DNA of 64,000 nt. Origin: Felis catus (Eukaryota). The notes beneath the pieces are model-generated. The model saw only the letters and a list, made by a program, of their open reading frames with translations. It did no database searches and was not told the DNA's origin. Positions 12,664 through 24,459 of this stretch are shown here, piece after piece; positions within the stretch are counted from its first letter, which is position 1, and each line of letters opens with the position of its first letter. The position numbers and the translations under genes were made by a program. The stretch is taken from contig NC_058368.1 of NCBI RefSeq assembly GCF_018350175.1, positions 11,036,001 to 11,100,000 on the forward strand. Direction: 5' to 3'.

Positions 12664-13152
12664 TGTGATGGTTAATTTTCTGTGTCACCTTGACTGGTCA
12701 TGAGATAGATTAAATATTATTTCTGGATCTTTCTGTGAGGGTGCTTCCAGATGAGATTAACATTTGAATCGGTAGGCTCAGTAAAGTAGATTGCTCTCCT
12801 TATTGTGTGTGGGCATCATCCAATCCATTGAGGGTCTCAATAGAACAAAAAGTGGAGGAAAGAGGAATTCATCCCATTTTCCCTGCCTCTCTGCTTGAGA
12901 TGAGACATCTCATTTTATCTTTCATCCCGAAACTGAGAATTACCCCGACTCTCTGCTTCTCTGATCTTTGGACTCAGACTGAATTACGCCAATGGCTCTC
13001 CTGAGTCTCCAGCTTTCAGTCAGCATCAGGAGACATCTCAGCCTCCATAATCTCATGAGCTGATATAGATATAGATATATAGATATAGATATAGATACAT
13101 AGATATATAGATACATCCTATTGGTTCTGTTTCTTTGAAGAATCCTAATACA
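12664..13152 (+). mobile_element. MLT2 (ERVL) solo LTR with internal (TAGATA)n
   Basis: TGTGATGGTTAATTTT...GGTTCTGTTTCTTTGAAGAATCCTAATACA termini. Confidence 0.88.
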
Positions 13153-13157
13153 GATAC

Positions 13158-14033
13158 TATTATGAGTTGAATTGTGTCCTTCCAAAAGATATGCTGAAGT
13201 CCTAACTCCCAGAACCTATGAATGTTTTATTTGAAAATAGTGTTTGCAGATGTAATCAAGTTAAATCTAGGTCATTAGGGTGAATCCTTAATCCAATGAT
13301 TGATGTGCATATAAAGAGAGAAAAACTTGGACACAGACACAGAAGGATAACAACCATGAGAAGGAGAGGCTGAGATTGGAATAACCCTACCAAAGCTAAA
13401 GAATACCTGAGATAAAGAAATTGTGGTTTATATACACAATGGAGTACTACATGGCAATGAGAAAGAATGAAATATGGCCCTTTGTAGCAACGTGGATGGA
13501 ACTGGAGAGTGTGATGCTAAGTGAAATAAGCCATACAGAGAAAGACAGATACCATATGTTTTCACTCTTATGTGGATCCTGAGAAACTTAACAGAAACCC
13601 ATGGGGGAGGGGAAGGGGGGAAAAAAAAAAGAGGTTAGAGTGGGAGAGAGCCAAAGCATAAGAGACTCTTAAAAACTGAGAATAAACTGAGGGCTGATGG
13701 GGGGTGGGAGGGAGGGGAGGGTGGGTGATGGGTATTGAGGAGGGCACCTTTTGGGATGAGCACTGGGTGTTGTACGGAAACCAATTTGACAATAAATTTC
13801 ATATATTGAAAAAAAAAAAACAAATAGAAAACATAAAAAAAAAAAAAAAGAATACCTGAGACTACCGGAAGTTAGAAGAGATAAGGATCCTGCCCAGGGG
13901 CTTTTAGAGGGAATGGCCCAGCAACATCCTGGTTTAAGACTTTCTGGTCTCTACAACAGAAAATAAATTTCTACTATTTTAAGCCCACCCAGTTTGTGGC
14001 AATTTGATAAAGCAGCCACGGGAAACTAATACA
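13158..14033 (+). mobile_element. MLT1 (MaLR) solo LTR interrupted by L1
   Basis: GTTGAATTGTGTCC..CCAAAAGATATG start; AATAAATTTCT..TTTAAGCC...GGAAACTAATACA end. Confidence 0.85.
13413..13846 (+). mobile_element. Young felid L1, 5'-truncated
   Basis: Closely matches the 4687-5143 copy; perfect 15-bp TSD AAAGAATACCTGAGA (13398, 13847); long A tail. Confidence 0.95.
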
Positions 14034-14322
14034 GTCACCACAACACCGATGCTGGGAAATACTGGACAAAAGGGAGGCTACCTTTGGTTCTGTTAACCTC
14101 TTTAGCCTTTTCGCATCATCCCTCGTAACGCTGCAACTGCCTCCTCTCAAAGCCCCACAGGAGCCCACTGTCTCTTCCGCTTCTGCCCTATGAAGGCCAT
14201 CTGTCTGGAAACTATCTGGAATATATTCCTGCTGGATTATAAATTATGCCTCCCACAGCTGAAATCATCACTATGGCAAAGACCATTAGTACCCTAACCA
14301 GGTTCTACAGGTGACGTCAGTG

Positions 14323-14787
14323 TGTTAACCCTTAAAAAAAATAACAATGCCAGTTATTTTACCAGCCAAAAAAAAAAGTAGGGAGAGGGGCTTATTCAGG
14401 AGTAACAGAGAAATGTGATTTGACACAAACAAGCTACAGCAAACCACAGGCAAGTCTGGAGAACAAAGGAGAGGAACCCCCAACCTGAGAAAGTTGGGAG
14501 TTGGGAGGGGCTGTTGTAAATAAAAAACTGTTTGGAGTCAACTGGGAGGTTGAAGTCTAGTGGATTTTCACTGGCTGGGTTGTAACAGTTTCTCATGGGG
14601 TGGACTATTGCGGGGGAAGGAGCAAAGCCTTGTTTTCTCCAGCTGGGGTGGTAAAGGAGTGTCCACCTGTAAGGTCTCTCTTTTCCTCTTGGGTCTGCAA
14701 TTGACAAGGAGTGGTAGCGCATGAGAGCCCACGTGCTGGCCTCCCAACTCCAATTCTAAATGAAGTCTCCTTTTATTAATGTTTACA
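14323..14787 (-). mobile_element. Solo LTR, probably carnivore ERV1-type
   Basis: Imperfect terminal inverted repeats TGTTAAC...GTTTACA, ~465 bp; minus strand starts TGTAAACATTAATAAAAGGAGACTTCAT. Confidence 0.6.
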
Positions 14788-14804
14788 GTTGCAGACTGAA
14801 AATT

Positions 14805-15010
14805 AGTAGGGCCTAGAACCAAACTGCCTGGATTGAAATCCTGGCTCCACCAAGTTTAGAGCTCTTTGAGCTCTGCCAATCCCTTGAACCTTATTGTGCC
14901 TGTTTCCTCTGCCCTTCAGGCTTAATGACTTGAAGTTAAAGGAATTGGTATATTTCCACACAAAGAATAGTAGCTGGAATATAGAAAGTGCTCAAAAATT
15001 AGTTGTTACT
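14805..15010 (+). mobile_element. MIR
   Basis: CTGCCTGG..TTGAAATCCTGGCTCCACCA and AAGTGCTCAAAAATTAGTTGTTA. Confidence 0.7.
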
Positions 15011-15889
15011 TTATTCACAAATAAAGGCTGCCTAGGGTTCATTTACTAGACGTAGTGTTTTGGTCTGGTTTCGTTTGGTTTAAGTGGTATGGCCACGATG
15101 AGAAAATGCCAATACAAGAAGAATGAACACCTGATTTTCTCTCTGACTCTGACACAAATATGCTATTAAAAGAATCAACTTTTCCATCTTCCAATGGGGA
15201 TGGCAAATATCCGCCACAAGAATTCTGCAGGAATATGATAGAGGTATAACATTGCAAAAGGAAGGCTGTTTGTGAGCCAGGAGACCAAAGTTTTAGTTCT
15301 TGCTTTCCTTTTAAATAACGATGTGGGCATTGCACCTATTCTGAAAATCAGGATGTTGGATGGTATGATATTCCAGGTTCCCTACAGTACAGTTCTCCCT
15401 GTCTATGTTGTAAGATCGTTACGATAACAGAGGTGTATTGAACACTAGAAAAGAAAGATATTATGTTAACTTATTGACAAATACACATTTTGGAAAGGAC
15501 CCAAATCTTTGGGTAGGGTAGAACTTATACCTTAAGAATATTAAAGAGTAACAACACAGAAGTCAGTGGTCAATTGTCTTTGGAGACAGTTATTCTCTCT
15601 GAAAGATTCACCTTATTATAAACCTAAAATAAAGAAAGCAAGCCTCCATAATTTTGAAAACGGTGCCTAAGTCACAGCAAATAAATGGCAGTACAGGTTC
15701 TTTGTCATAACCCCATTCAGTCTCACCACACATGAATCATTCCAAAAGGAAAAATCCCTGACAGATAGTAATTAGCAAACATGGCAGATGCTAATTGGTG
15801 CCATGCAATCAAATCATTCTCCATCAGCTTATATGAAATAGACTTTCCTTTGCCCTTGAGGACAGGCTTGAAATTTCCATGTGGGACTT

Positions 15890-16050
15890 TGCCATTTAGT
15901 GTGGTTAGAGGACCAACAGCATTAGCAGCAGCTGAGACTCTAATAAAAATGCAGGATCAAGACCCCACCTCAGACCTACTGAAGCACAGCCTTCATTTTC
16001 CAAGTTCCTTGGGGGGATGACAAGTGCCCTAGGTCTAAGAAGCGTTGGTC
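15890..16050. mobile_element. MER5-like hAT-Charlie MITE
   Basis: AAATGCAG...CCCCACCTCAGACCTACTGAA motif. Confidence 0.65.
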
Positions 16051-16284
16051 AGGGTACACTAACGATGGGATCAGAGCTTGTGCTCTTAACGATGGACTCA
16101 TGTTGAGCATAAAGCCTTCTCTTCTGACTCTTCAGTAATACCTATGTAAGGCTTAGCCCTTTTCTTTTGGAGTGTAGACAAGCAAAGTTGAGACTACGAT
16201 GATGAGATTTGCTGAATGTGGACTAGAGCTTTTTGTTAACATACAGCCATTAGTAGCAAACATTCTTCTAAGGTTTATATATTA

Positions 16285-16493
16285 TTGACTTATTTATTTA
16301 TTTCAGAGAGAGCACGAGTGGGAGAGAGGGGCAGAGGGAGAAAGAATGAGAGAGAGCTAGAGAAAGAGAATCTTAAGCAGGCTCCTCACTCAGCGCCAAG
16401 CCCAATGCTGGGCTCGATCCACGACCCTGGGATCATGACCTGAGCCAAAATCAAGAGCCAGATTCTCAATCGACTGAGCCACCCAGGTGCCCC
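16285..16493 (-). mobile_element. CAN-SINE
   Basis: Antisense SINE ending CACCCAGGTGCCCC. Confidence 0.9.
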
Positions 16494-16627
16494 TTTTTAT
16501 TATTTATTATTTTTATTGGGTTTTTTTTAGAGCTTTGAAGCTTCTAATTGAAGTTAAGTTCACTACAGATTTTTTGTTTTTTGAAGCTAAGCCGAGTGAG
16601 TCAAAACCACACTTCCCATTTGTTGTC

Positions 16628-17486
16628 TGTGGTGGCTGCAGGCAGATGTTCCACTCGTCCACCCACATGGCCCTTTAAGGAAGGACTTACTGCAGATGAG
16701 GTATAGATATACAATGGAGTATTACTCGGCAATCAAAATGAATGAAATCTTGCCATTTGCAACTACGTGGATGGAACTAGACGGTATTATGCTAAGCAAA
16801 ATTAGTCAGTCAGAGGAAGACAAATATCATATGGCTTCATTCATTTGAGGACTTTAAGACACAGAACAGATGAACATAAGGGAAGGGAAGCAAAAATACT
16901 ATAAAAACAGGGAGGGGGGACAAAACAGACGAGACACTTAAATACGAAGAACAAACACAGGGTTGCTGGAGGGGTTGTGGGAGGGGGGATGGGCTAAATG
17001 GGTAAGGGGCATTAAGGAATCTACTCCTGAAATCATTGTTGCACTATATACTAACTTGGATGTAGATTTAAAAAATAAATACAATTTTTGTTTTAAAAAA
17101 AGGGAAGGACTTATTGCCCTAGCTGGTATGAGTGTAGTCAGCAGGCTTCAGCTGCCTTCAACGACCACATCATCTGCACAGCCACCAGCCCAAAGGCATG
17201 CTCTCCCACGGGTGGCAAGCATTCAATGACCAATTCAGGTTGGGGGCCTGGCCATTTCAGCCCAGTAGTTTCCATGCATGACAGCTCTGTGAGCCACCTC
17301 AGATCCAGGGCTCCCTATACATCAGCCAAAGCTGCTGGTCCTGCAACCAGCTCACTTCTCCCTCCGCCTAATCTGCCTCCTCGTTATCTCCTCTGTAGGT
17401 ATCGATCTCAAGGGCACTCCCTAATAAAGAACCCTGAACACTAAACTGTTTCAGAGCGTACTTTTTGGAAATCCTAACCTGTGACA
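16628..17486 (+). mobile_element. ERVL solo LTR (LTR16-like) interrupted by L1
   Basis: TG...CA termini; AATAAA then ACTAAACTGTTTCAGAG...CCTAACCTGTGACA 3' end. Confidence 0.7.
16694..17100 (+). mobile_element. Feliform L1 3' end
   Basis: AATGAAATCTTGCCATTTGCAAC ORF2 terminus plus 3'UTR; TSD A(A/G)GGAAGGACTTA(C/T)TGC at 16677 and 17101. Confidence 0.9.
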
Positions 17487-20400
17487 TACCATGAAGGAAA
17501 TGCAAGGTTGCCAGAATGTTGGATGGAAATATGACATAAATCTCACATGGGGGATCAAAACATCTCGCTCAATTTCTACATGGGCCACAGAGAATCAGTG
17601 TCATCTTGAGTAAGACTCTTACTGCCTTTGAACCTCAAATGTTTACGAGATAAGAATAATTCCTCCCCATCTATCTCACAGAGTTTTTTCATGAAAACTT
17701 AATGAGAAAATAATGTATGTCCAGGGAAAGCACTCTACAGAGTGCAAGACATTAAATAATTGATTATTATTCAATAGTTTCTGGAATTGTTTCTTTTTTT
17801 TTCTTTGCCTGTTCCGTAAGTCCATGCCTGTCAACATTAAACCATTCAGATAGCTCTAGAGTAATACTCTGCTGGACTATTTTTACATCTGGCTGGAACT
17901 AACTCTTTAAGGCTCATAAGATATGTCAAAAATAAAAAACCCTGAGTGAGTGTCAAAGTACTCCACAACACTTATAATAAACACTTCTAGCAACATAAAT
18001 TAATCACTATACACGCAGGCCCCAGGCTACATGAACGCCCGTAATCTTGGGTATAAAGTAAGGATATAAGAAAGTTGAAGATAGACACTTTGGGTTGGAT
18101 ATAAAGGAAAAACGTGAGCCCCAAGTCCTGTTAATGTATAGGAAGTTATAGTAGAATGGTTTTTTGGGGTGGGGGATATATTGCTAATGTTTCAGCCTAT
18201 CTTGGCCAGAGAACTTTGTAAGTAATCCTTGGTTCATTTTTTTTCTTCTTTTTGTGAAGTTCCTTCATGATAATTAAGAAGCTCACTTGAAAGATAGCAA
18301 ATCGCTCAAATGGAAATCAAAAGAGTGATAGACATTTCAATTGGTGATGGAAGGAGAGACTGATAAGGCAGAGTCTGGACATAGTGGGGATGACAGCGCC
18401 TCAGTGAAAAGTGTCAGTGGGAGCCTGTCCCACTGAGAAGTTATACCTACTGCTTCCGGTATAACTTCCGATAGTTATACCACTATCTTTGGTTGGTATG
18501 ACAAAGGCATCCAGTGAACAACATCCAACACTGCAGATTGTCTCACTGCAAACATTTCATTTCTCTCTCTACCTCTAACTCTCTCTTTTTTTGAGAAATA
18601 TATAGCCTCAGATTAATGTAACAATTCACTTGCCGGTAAGTTGCTACGAAAGAAAAATTAGGGAATATAATGAAGGTCTTTGTCTCTCTACACATTCAGC
18701 AACCTTCAGAGATCTTTGAGTTCCTTATTTTGATTCACCGAAAAACACATTATTAATTAAAATTTAAAACAGTTTCCCTTGGCTAAGGCAGAGATCTTTC
18801 TTTTAGCCCTTTTCCAGCACGGGTAAGAGCAAAGTGTATCCTCTTCAAAACCCAACTGTTGGTAATGGAGCTGCTCCATCAAAGCCAGTGAACAAAACTC
18901 AGCAAATTATTTTGATTTTTCCCAGAAATGTTAATAAATGATTACTAGAGATGGTGAGGGTCAGTTTGATAATAAATAGAATAAGGCTTGGCTAAACTGA
19001 AAGCAAAGTGAAAAAAGCAAAGTTGGTCTGAGTATCCCTTCTCTTCTCTCTGTTTATTTCTGTTTTCTCCCTCCCTTAGGATCTACCAAGCTCTGGGAAG
19101 GTTTCCACCCCCTACAGTCCCTTAGCCTCCCAAACACCTCATCTGAACTTGGTCATCCTTGACTCACCATCTTTTTGTTGTCTCCATCCCCAACCCAAGA
19201 CATGTACCCTTTCCCCACTCATAACTCCAACAGTTGGTGGGTTTTCATGGCCTCAGATTTTAAGGGCTAACTAGTGAATCCAGTGGCTACTTGAGTGTTA
19301 CAGAAGGAGTACGTGTGGGGAGGGTGTGCTTCCAAGAACATGTGACATATGCATGTTAATAACCCCCAAGAGACAATTGGTCCGTGGGAACCATTTTGTT
19401 ACCACGATTCTAATGGTGGATATCTCTCACTTGACAGCTAAGGAGAGACAGACTCCGGCTGGCTGGGGGAGCAGAGATAACTGACGTCAGAATGACCACC
19501 TTCACCCCAATCCCAGGAGCTCCTCCCAGCCCTAATCTTTTGATGTAGAGGCCCTCTACCTGCTAGCTCCTTCCTTTAAAGTTCTGGGAATGTCGATAAT
19601 ATCTTGCCAAAAGCCTTTTGGACTCCTTTCATTCCCATTAGTCTGGCAATATATTTGGCTTTAGAACAGAGAGGATTTCAGTGTCTGTCTGTGATGAGGT
19701 CCTCTGATCTGGCAGTTCTGAAGCATTAGACGTGCCAAAATGAGAAAATTAAAGGAGCAGTGCCCTACACATGAGAACAATTATGTGCTAAAGTACTGAG
19801 TACCACCCAGAAGATAAGTGGCAAGTGCCAGTACACAGATGCACTCACAATATTTTAACTCTTACATTTAAAAAAAAAATCATGAAGATTTTAAACACCC
19901 TCCCTTTATGCAGCAGAATCATTGTGCATTTCCTGAAGTAGAAGCCATGTGCAAAGAGTATGTTGCCAAGGGTATTTGGGAAGCTGCTCAGCAGTGACAT
20001 TGAGCAGCAGTGTCCTGTGAGAAGCACAACGCATACTTGGAAGAGGTGGGAAAGAGCCAAAGCTGAGCAAAGGGAACTCAGGAGGTGACAGTCTGGCAAG
20101 TGAAGAGGGACATATGGGGAAACCATAACCATAAGCGGGAAAGCACCAATGAGGAGTTCAACAAGTACCACTACAAACAACACACACCCACCACTCCTTT
20201 TTCATGTCATGTAGCATATGCAAAGCGAGATCTCTGGATCTCAGGACACCGAAAGCAGAAAGGCCAGAGGGGGCAAGCCCTTCGTTTTCGTCTTATGAAA
20301 TGGCAAATATAAGGCCCATATCACTGATGTTCCCAAAAAGTCCTAACTATCCACAAGGATTAAAAGGAACAGTCATCCATTCAGTGAAATGAGTGAAGTG

Positions 20401-20656
20401 GAAAATGGGAAGATAGGGATGGGGAAGACAGGTTTCACCAACTTCCACATATTCCAGAATGGTCTTTAGGTCTGCTGCCTACTTGGATGTAGCACATAAA
20501 CACGGTTGAAAGAGAGATATTTTTCTCTTGCCAACACATACATGTAGCTGTGCTTCTTACTATTACTATGCAGGTATATGTTTTAAATCTGGCCAATTTT
20601 TGTTTGGGTTTTTTGTTGTTGGTGGTGGTGTTATTTTTCTTTAACTTTGTATTCTT

Positions 20657-20879
20657 CCTTCTTTTTCTTTTTTTTTTTAACGTTTATTCATTTTTGAGAG
20701 ACAGAGACAGAGCTCAAGCAAGGGTAGGGCAGAGAAAGAGGGAGATCCAGAATCCAAAGCAGGCTCCAGGCTCTGAGCTGTCAGCACAGAGCCTGGCGTG
20801 GGGCTTGAACTCATGAACCATGAGATTATGACCTGAGCTGAAGTCAGATGCTTAACCGACTGAGCCAACCAGGCACCCC
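20657..20879 (-). mobile_element. Feliform CAN-SINE
   Basis: TSD TTTAACTTTGTATTCTT at 20640 and 20881. Confidence 0.93.
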
Positions 20880-21581
20880 ATTTAACTTTGTATTCTTTTA
20901 TTGACTTCTCCCTGTTTTTCCCCACCTCTCATCCCCTGGCAACCACTTTTCTACTCTCTGTTTCTCTGAATTTGATGTCTCCTCCTCCTCCTTCTTCTTC
21001 AGCTTCTCTATATAAGTTATATTATACAACATTTGTCTTTCTCTGGCTTCTTTCACTTAGCATTATGCCTTCAAGTTCTATCCATGTTGTTGCAAATGCA
21101 GGATTTCCTTCTTCTTCATGACTGAATAATATTCCATTGTATACATACACTTATGTCTTGACTATTATGGATAATGCTGTAGTGAACATAAAAGTGAAGA
21201 TACCTCTTTGATATGCTGCCTTCCTTTCCTTTGGATACATACCTAGAAGTGGAATTGTTGAATCATGTGGTAGTTCTATTTTTAATATTTGAGGAACCTA
21301 CAAAGTGTTTTCCATAGAGACTGCACTAATCTACATTCCCACCAACAGCATCCAAGAGTTCTCTTTTCTCCAAATCCTTGCCAACGCTTACCGTCTCTTG
21401 TTTTCTTATGACAGTCATTCTAACAGATGTGAGAAGTAATATCTCCTTCTGGTTCTGATTTGCATTTCCCTGATAATTAGTGACGTTGAGCCCCTTTTCA
21501 TGTATCTATTAGCCAATCATATGTTTTCTTTGGGAAAACGTCTTTTCAGTTCTTCTGCCCAATTTTTAATTGATTGTTTGT

Positions 21582-21793
21582 GGGGTGCCTGGGTGACTCA
21601 GTCAGTTAAGCATCTGACTTCAGCTCAGGTCATAATCTCACAGTCTGTGAGTTCGAGCCCACATCAGGCTCTGTGCTGACAGCTCAGAGCCTGGAGCCTG
21701 CTTTGGATTCTGTGTCTCCCTCTCTCTCTGCCCCTCCCCTGCTCATGCTCTGTCTCTCTCTGTCTCAAAAATAAATAAAAACATTTAAAAAAA
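21582..21793 (+). mobile_element. Feliform CAN-SINE
   Basis: Full head, CT tract and A tail. Confidence 0.93.
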
Positions 21794-22177
21794 CCTATTT
21801 AATTGGATGGTTTGGGTTTTTTTTTTACTATTGAGTTGTATGAGTTCTTTATATATTGTAACTATTAGTCCCTTATCAGATATATGATTTTCAAATATTT
21901 TCTTCCTTTCCATATGTTGCTCTTTTATTTGCTGATGATTTCTTTTGCTGTATAGAGCTTCTTTGTTTGATGTAGTCCCACTTGTTTGTTTTAACTTGTT
22001 CCTTTTGGTTTTGGTATCAAATTAAAAAAGATTCATTGCCAAAACCAATATCAAGGAGCTTACTCCCCACATTTTCTTCTAGGTTAATTTTGCCAAATTT
22101 GGTCAATTTTATTATAGTGGACTTCATTGTTGAAGGACTTGTTCATTGAACTGTCACTCCATAAAGAAAACGACATT

Positions 22178-22495
22178 AAGAAATAAGTCAGAGAAAGACA
22201 AATACCATATGATCTCAAATTTAAAACAAAACAAACTAGAAAGGGAAAGAGAGAGAGAGAAAGAGAGGCAAACCAAAAACCAGACTCTTAAGAGAACAAA
22301 TGGATGATTACCAGAGAGGAGGCTGGAGTGGGGGTGGGATGTGAGAAATAGGGGGTGGAGATTAAGGAGTGCACTTGTGATGAGCACCGGGTGTTTTATG
22401 GAACTGTTGAATCACTATATTGTACACCTGAAACTAATATAACACTGTATGTTAGCTAACTGGAATTAAAAAGAAAAAAAAAAGGAGAAAAACCA
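22178..22495 (+). mobile_element. Carnivore L1 3' end
   Basis: AAGTCAGAGAAAGACAAATACCATATGATC...TGTACACCTGAAACTAATATAACACTG; TSD-like AAAACGACATTAA/AAAACAATATTAA. Confidence 0.88.
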
Positions 22496-22605
22496 AAACA
22501 ATATTAAAATACAAGACATAAAAATAAAAGCAGTAACAAATTTTTGCAAGATCAGAGTGCTCTTCACTTCTGCTTAATAGTAGATTCTAAAAATTTATAA
22601 TTATT

Positions 22606-22823
22606 TTTTAATTTTTTTAATGTTTTTATTTATTTTTGAGACAGAGAGAGACAGAGCATGAGCAGGGGAGGGGCAGAGAGAGAGGGAGACACAGAATCTG
22701 AAACAGGCTCCAGGCTCTGAGCTGTCAGCACAGAGCCCGACGCAGGGCTCGAACTCATGGACTGTGAGATCATGACCTGAGCCGAAGTCAGATGCTTAAC
22801 CAACTGAGCTACCCAGGTGCCCC
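22606..22823 (-). mobile_element. Feliform CAN-SINE
   Basis: TSD TAAAAATT(T/A)ATAATTATT at 22588 and 22824. Confidence 0.95.
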
Positions 22824-24424
22824 TAAAAATTAATAATTATTGACTACAAGAAATAATTCAATTTTTCAGTCTTGACTGAAGATTCAATTTATATAAATGA
22901 TATAATTTTTAATATTCTTTTCCCTTAGGATCTGAGTATTTATTTTCCAATCAAGAAACAGCATTTTCAAGAAACATTCAATTGTGTCAAGACACCCAAT
23001 GGGTATTATAAAATAAAGCCAAATTACTGATTTTTTCTCTCTTTCCTAATAACTGACACAGAAAAGCAAAGTTTTATTTCTTAGATTATAAAGTAGGAAT
23101 ATTTCCACATATTTGTCTATTAATCAAATAATTTAAATCTAAGTGTACAATGTGATACATATCTGACATTAAATTGTTTTTAAAACGAAGTGCATTATTT
23201 CTCTGATCCACCAGTTATTACTGAATACTACAGATATCTCTGTTATCGTGTTTGTAAGCACAACTACAGTGTGTCTGAAATATAATTTAAAAATCAATAC
23301 CTAAAAGTACTTCAAATGCATACTTGAGCATTAGTCATCCGAGAGGCATGAACATCTCATTTTCTAGAAAACTCAAAGACATGCTCTGTCAAAATAAAAA
23401 CTATATTTTCAATTCTGTCTGTATGATTGGATTATGCAGGAATAATACTTAGATTTAATCATTTTAGAGGATTAACTAAATGCTGAAAGAATATTGACCG
23501 CGAGTAGTTTAGTCACAGATTTTCTACATTTACACCTCTGTCTTAGTAACGTGTAACTACCAGAAATATTGACTAACAAAGAAATGAATAAAGTAAAAAT
23601 TCATGGTACGTTTCTTTTATCTTAATATTTCTTTAAAAAATAGAAAAATTGTTATATGATTCATGAGTTCAATATTTTTATTCCCTAATTATATAACACT
23701 TAGTTCATTTTCCTAACGTTTATTTGGAGAAACAAGATGAACAATCTTGGATGATTAAATCAATGAAGAATAATCACTAAATAATAAAGCAACAAAATGT
23801 GTAACAAATGTGATTTTTTGTTTGTTTTAAAGTTTTTAGGAATTTTCAGATATTGAAAGAGAAAACAGATATAAATATGTTTTGCCTTAGTGAGGTTTGC
23901 AATTTTGCTTTCCAAGCCTGTGTTTAGGGAAATTAAGGCCTTTTGGGGTGGGGGGTGCTCTATAATTATACATTACTCCAAGATTTAAAAATTCATGCTC
24001 TGATACATTAATATATTATAATAAAACAATTAATACATTAATCTAGTTCATATAAATCAGGCTCATTCATTACATTCATTACAAGTTCATTCTTAGTAAA
24101 ATTTGAAATTTTTTTTTTCCTGAGCAAAGAGGTATTGAGAATTTCATTTTCATTTATAATAACTAATTAGTTAACATGTCCAAATTCATGAAAGCTATAT
24201 TCTTCAGCACTTCAAAATCTATAATTTGTGTGTATTCACAACACATGCCTAAAAATTACACGTTTGTAATTTTAGTGGGTATTTAACTGCAACCTCAAAT
24301 TGGAAACTTTAACTATGAAATAGTCAGACCCTTCTTACTACAGAACTTGGTAGGTATTGCTTTAAAATGACAATTAGAGAAATACACCTTCTAGAAATAC
24401 ATAGTCTAGAGAAAATAGTTAATG

Positions 24425-24426
<2 letters not shown>

Positions 24427-24458
<32 letters not shown>
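24427..24458. repeat. (CA)n microsatellite
   Basis: Direct reading. Confidence 0.95.

Positions 24459-24459
<1 letters not shown>

Larger units (their letters stand above)
20600..22085 (-). mobile_element. L1 (L1MA-like) 3' part with two SINEs inserted
   Basis: Antisense L1 motifs (TTTGAGGAACC, ACATTCCCACCAACAG, TTTGCATTTCCCTGAT); degenerate TSD AAT(C/T)T(G/T)GCCAA on both sides. Confidence 0.85.

Noticed and set aside
18437..18481. Resemblance to loxP arms (ATAACTTC / GAAGTTAT)
   Set aside because: Only 8 of 13 arm bases match and the arm order is the reverse of loxP; not a recombinase site or vector contamination.
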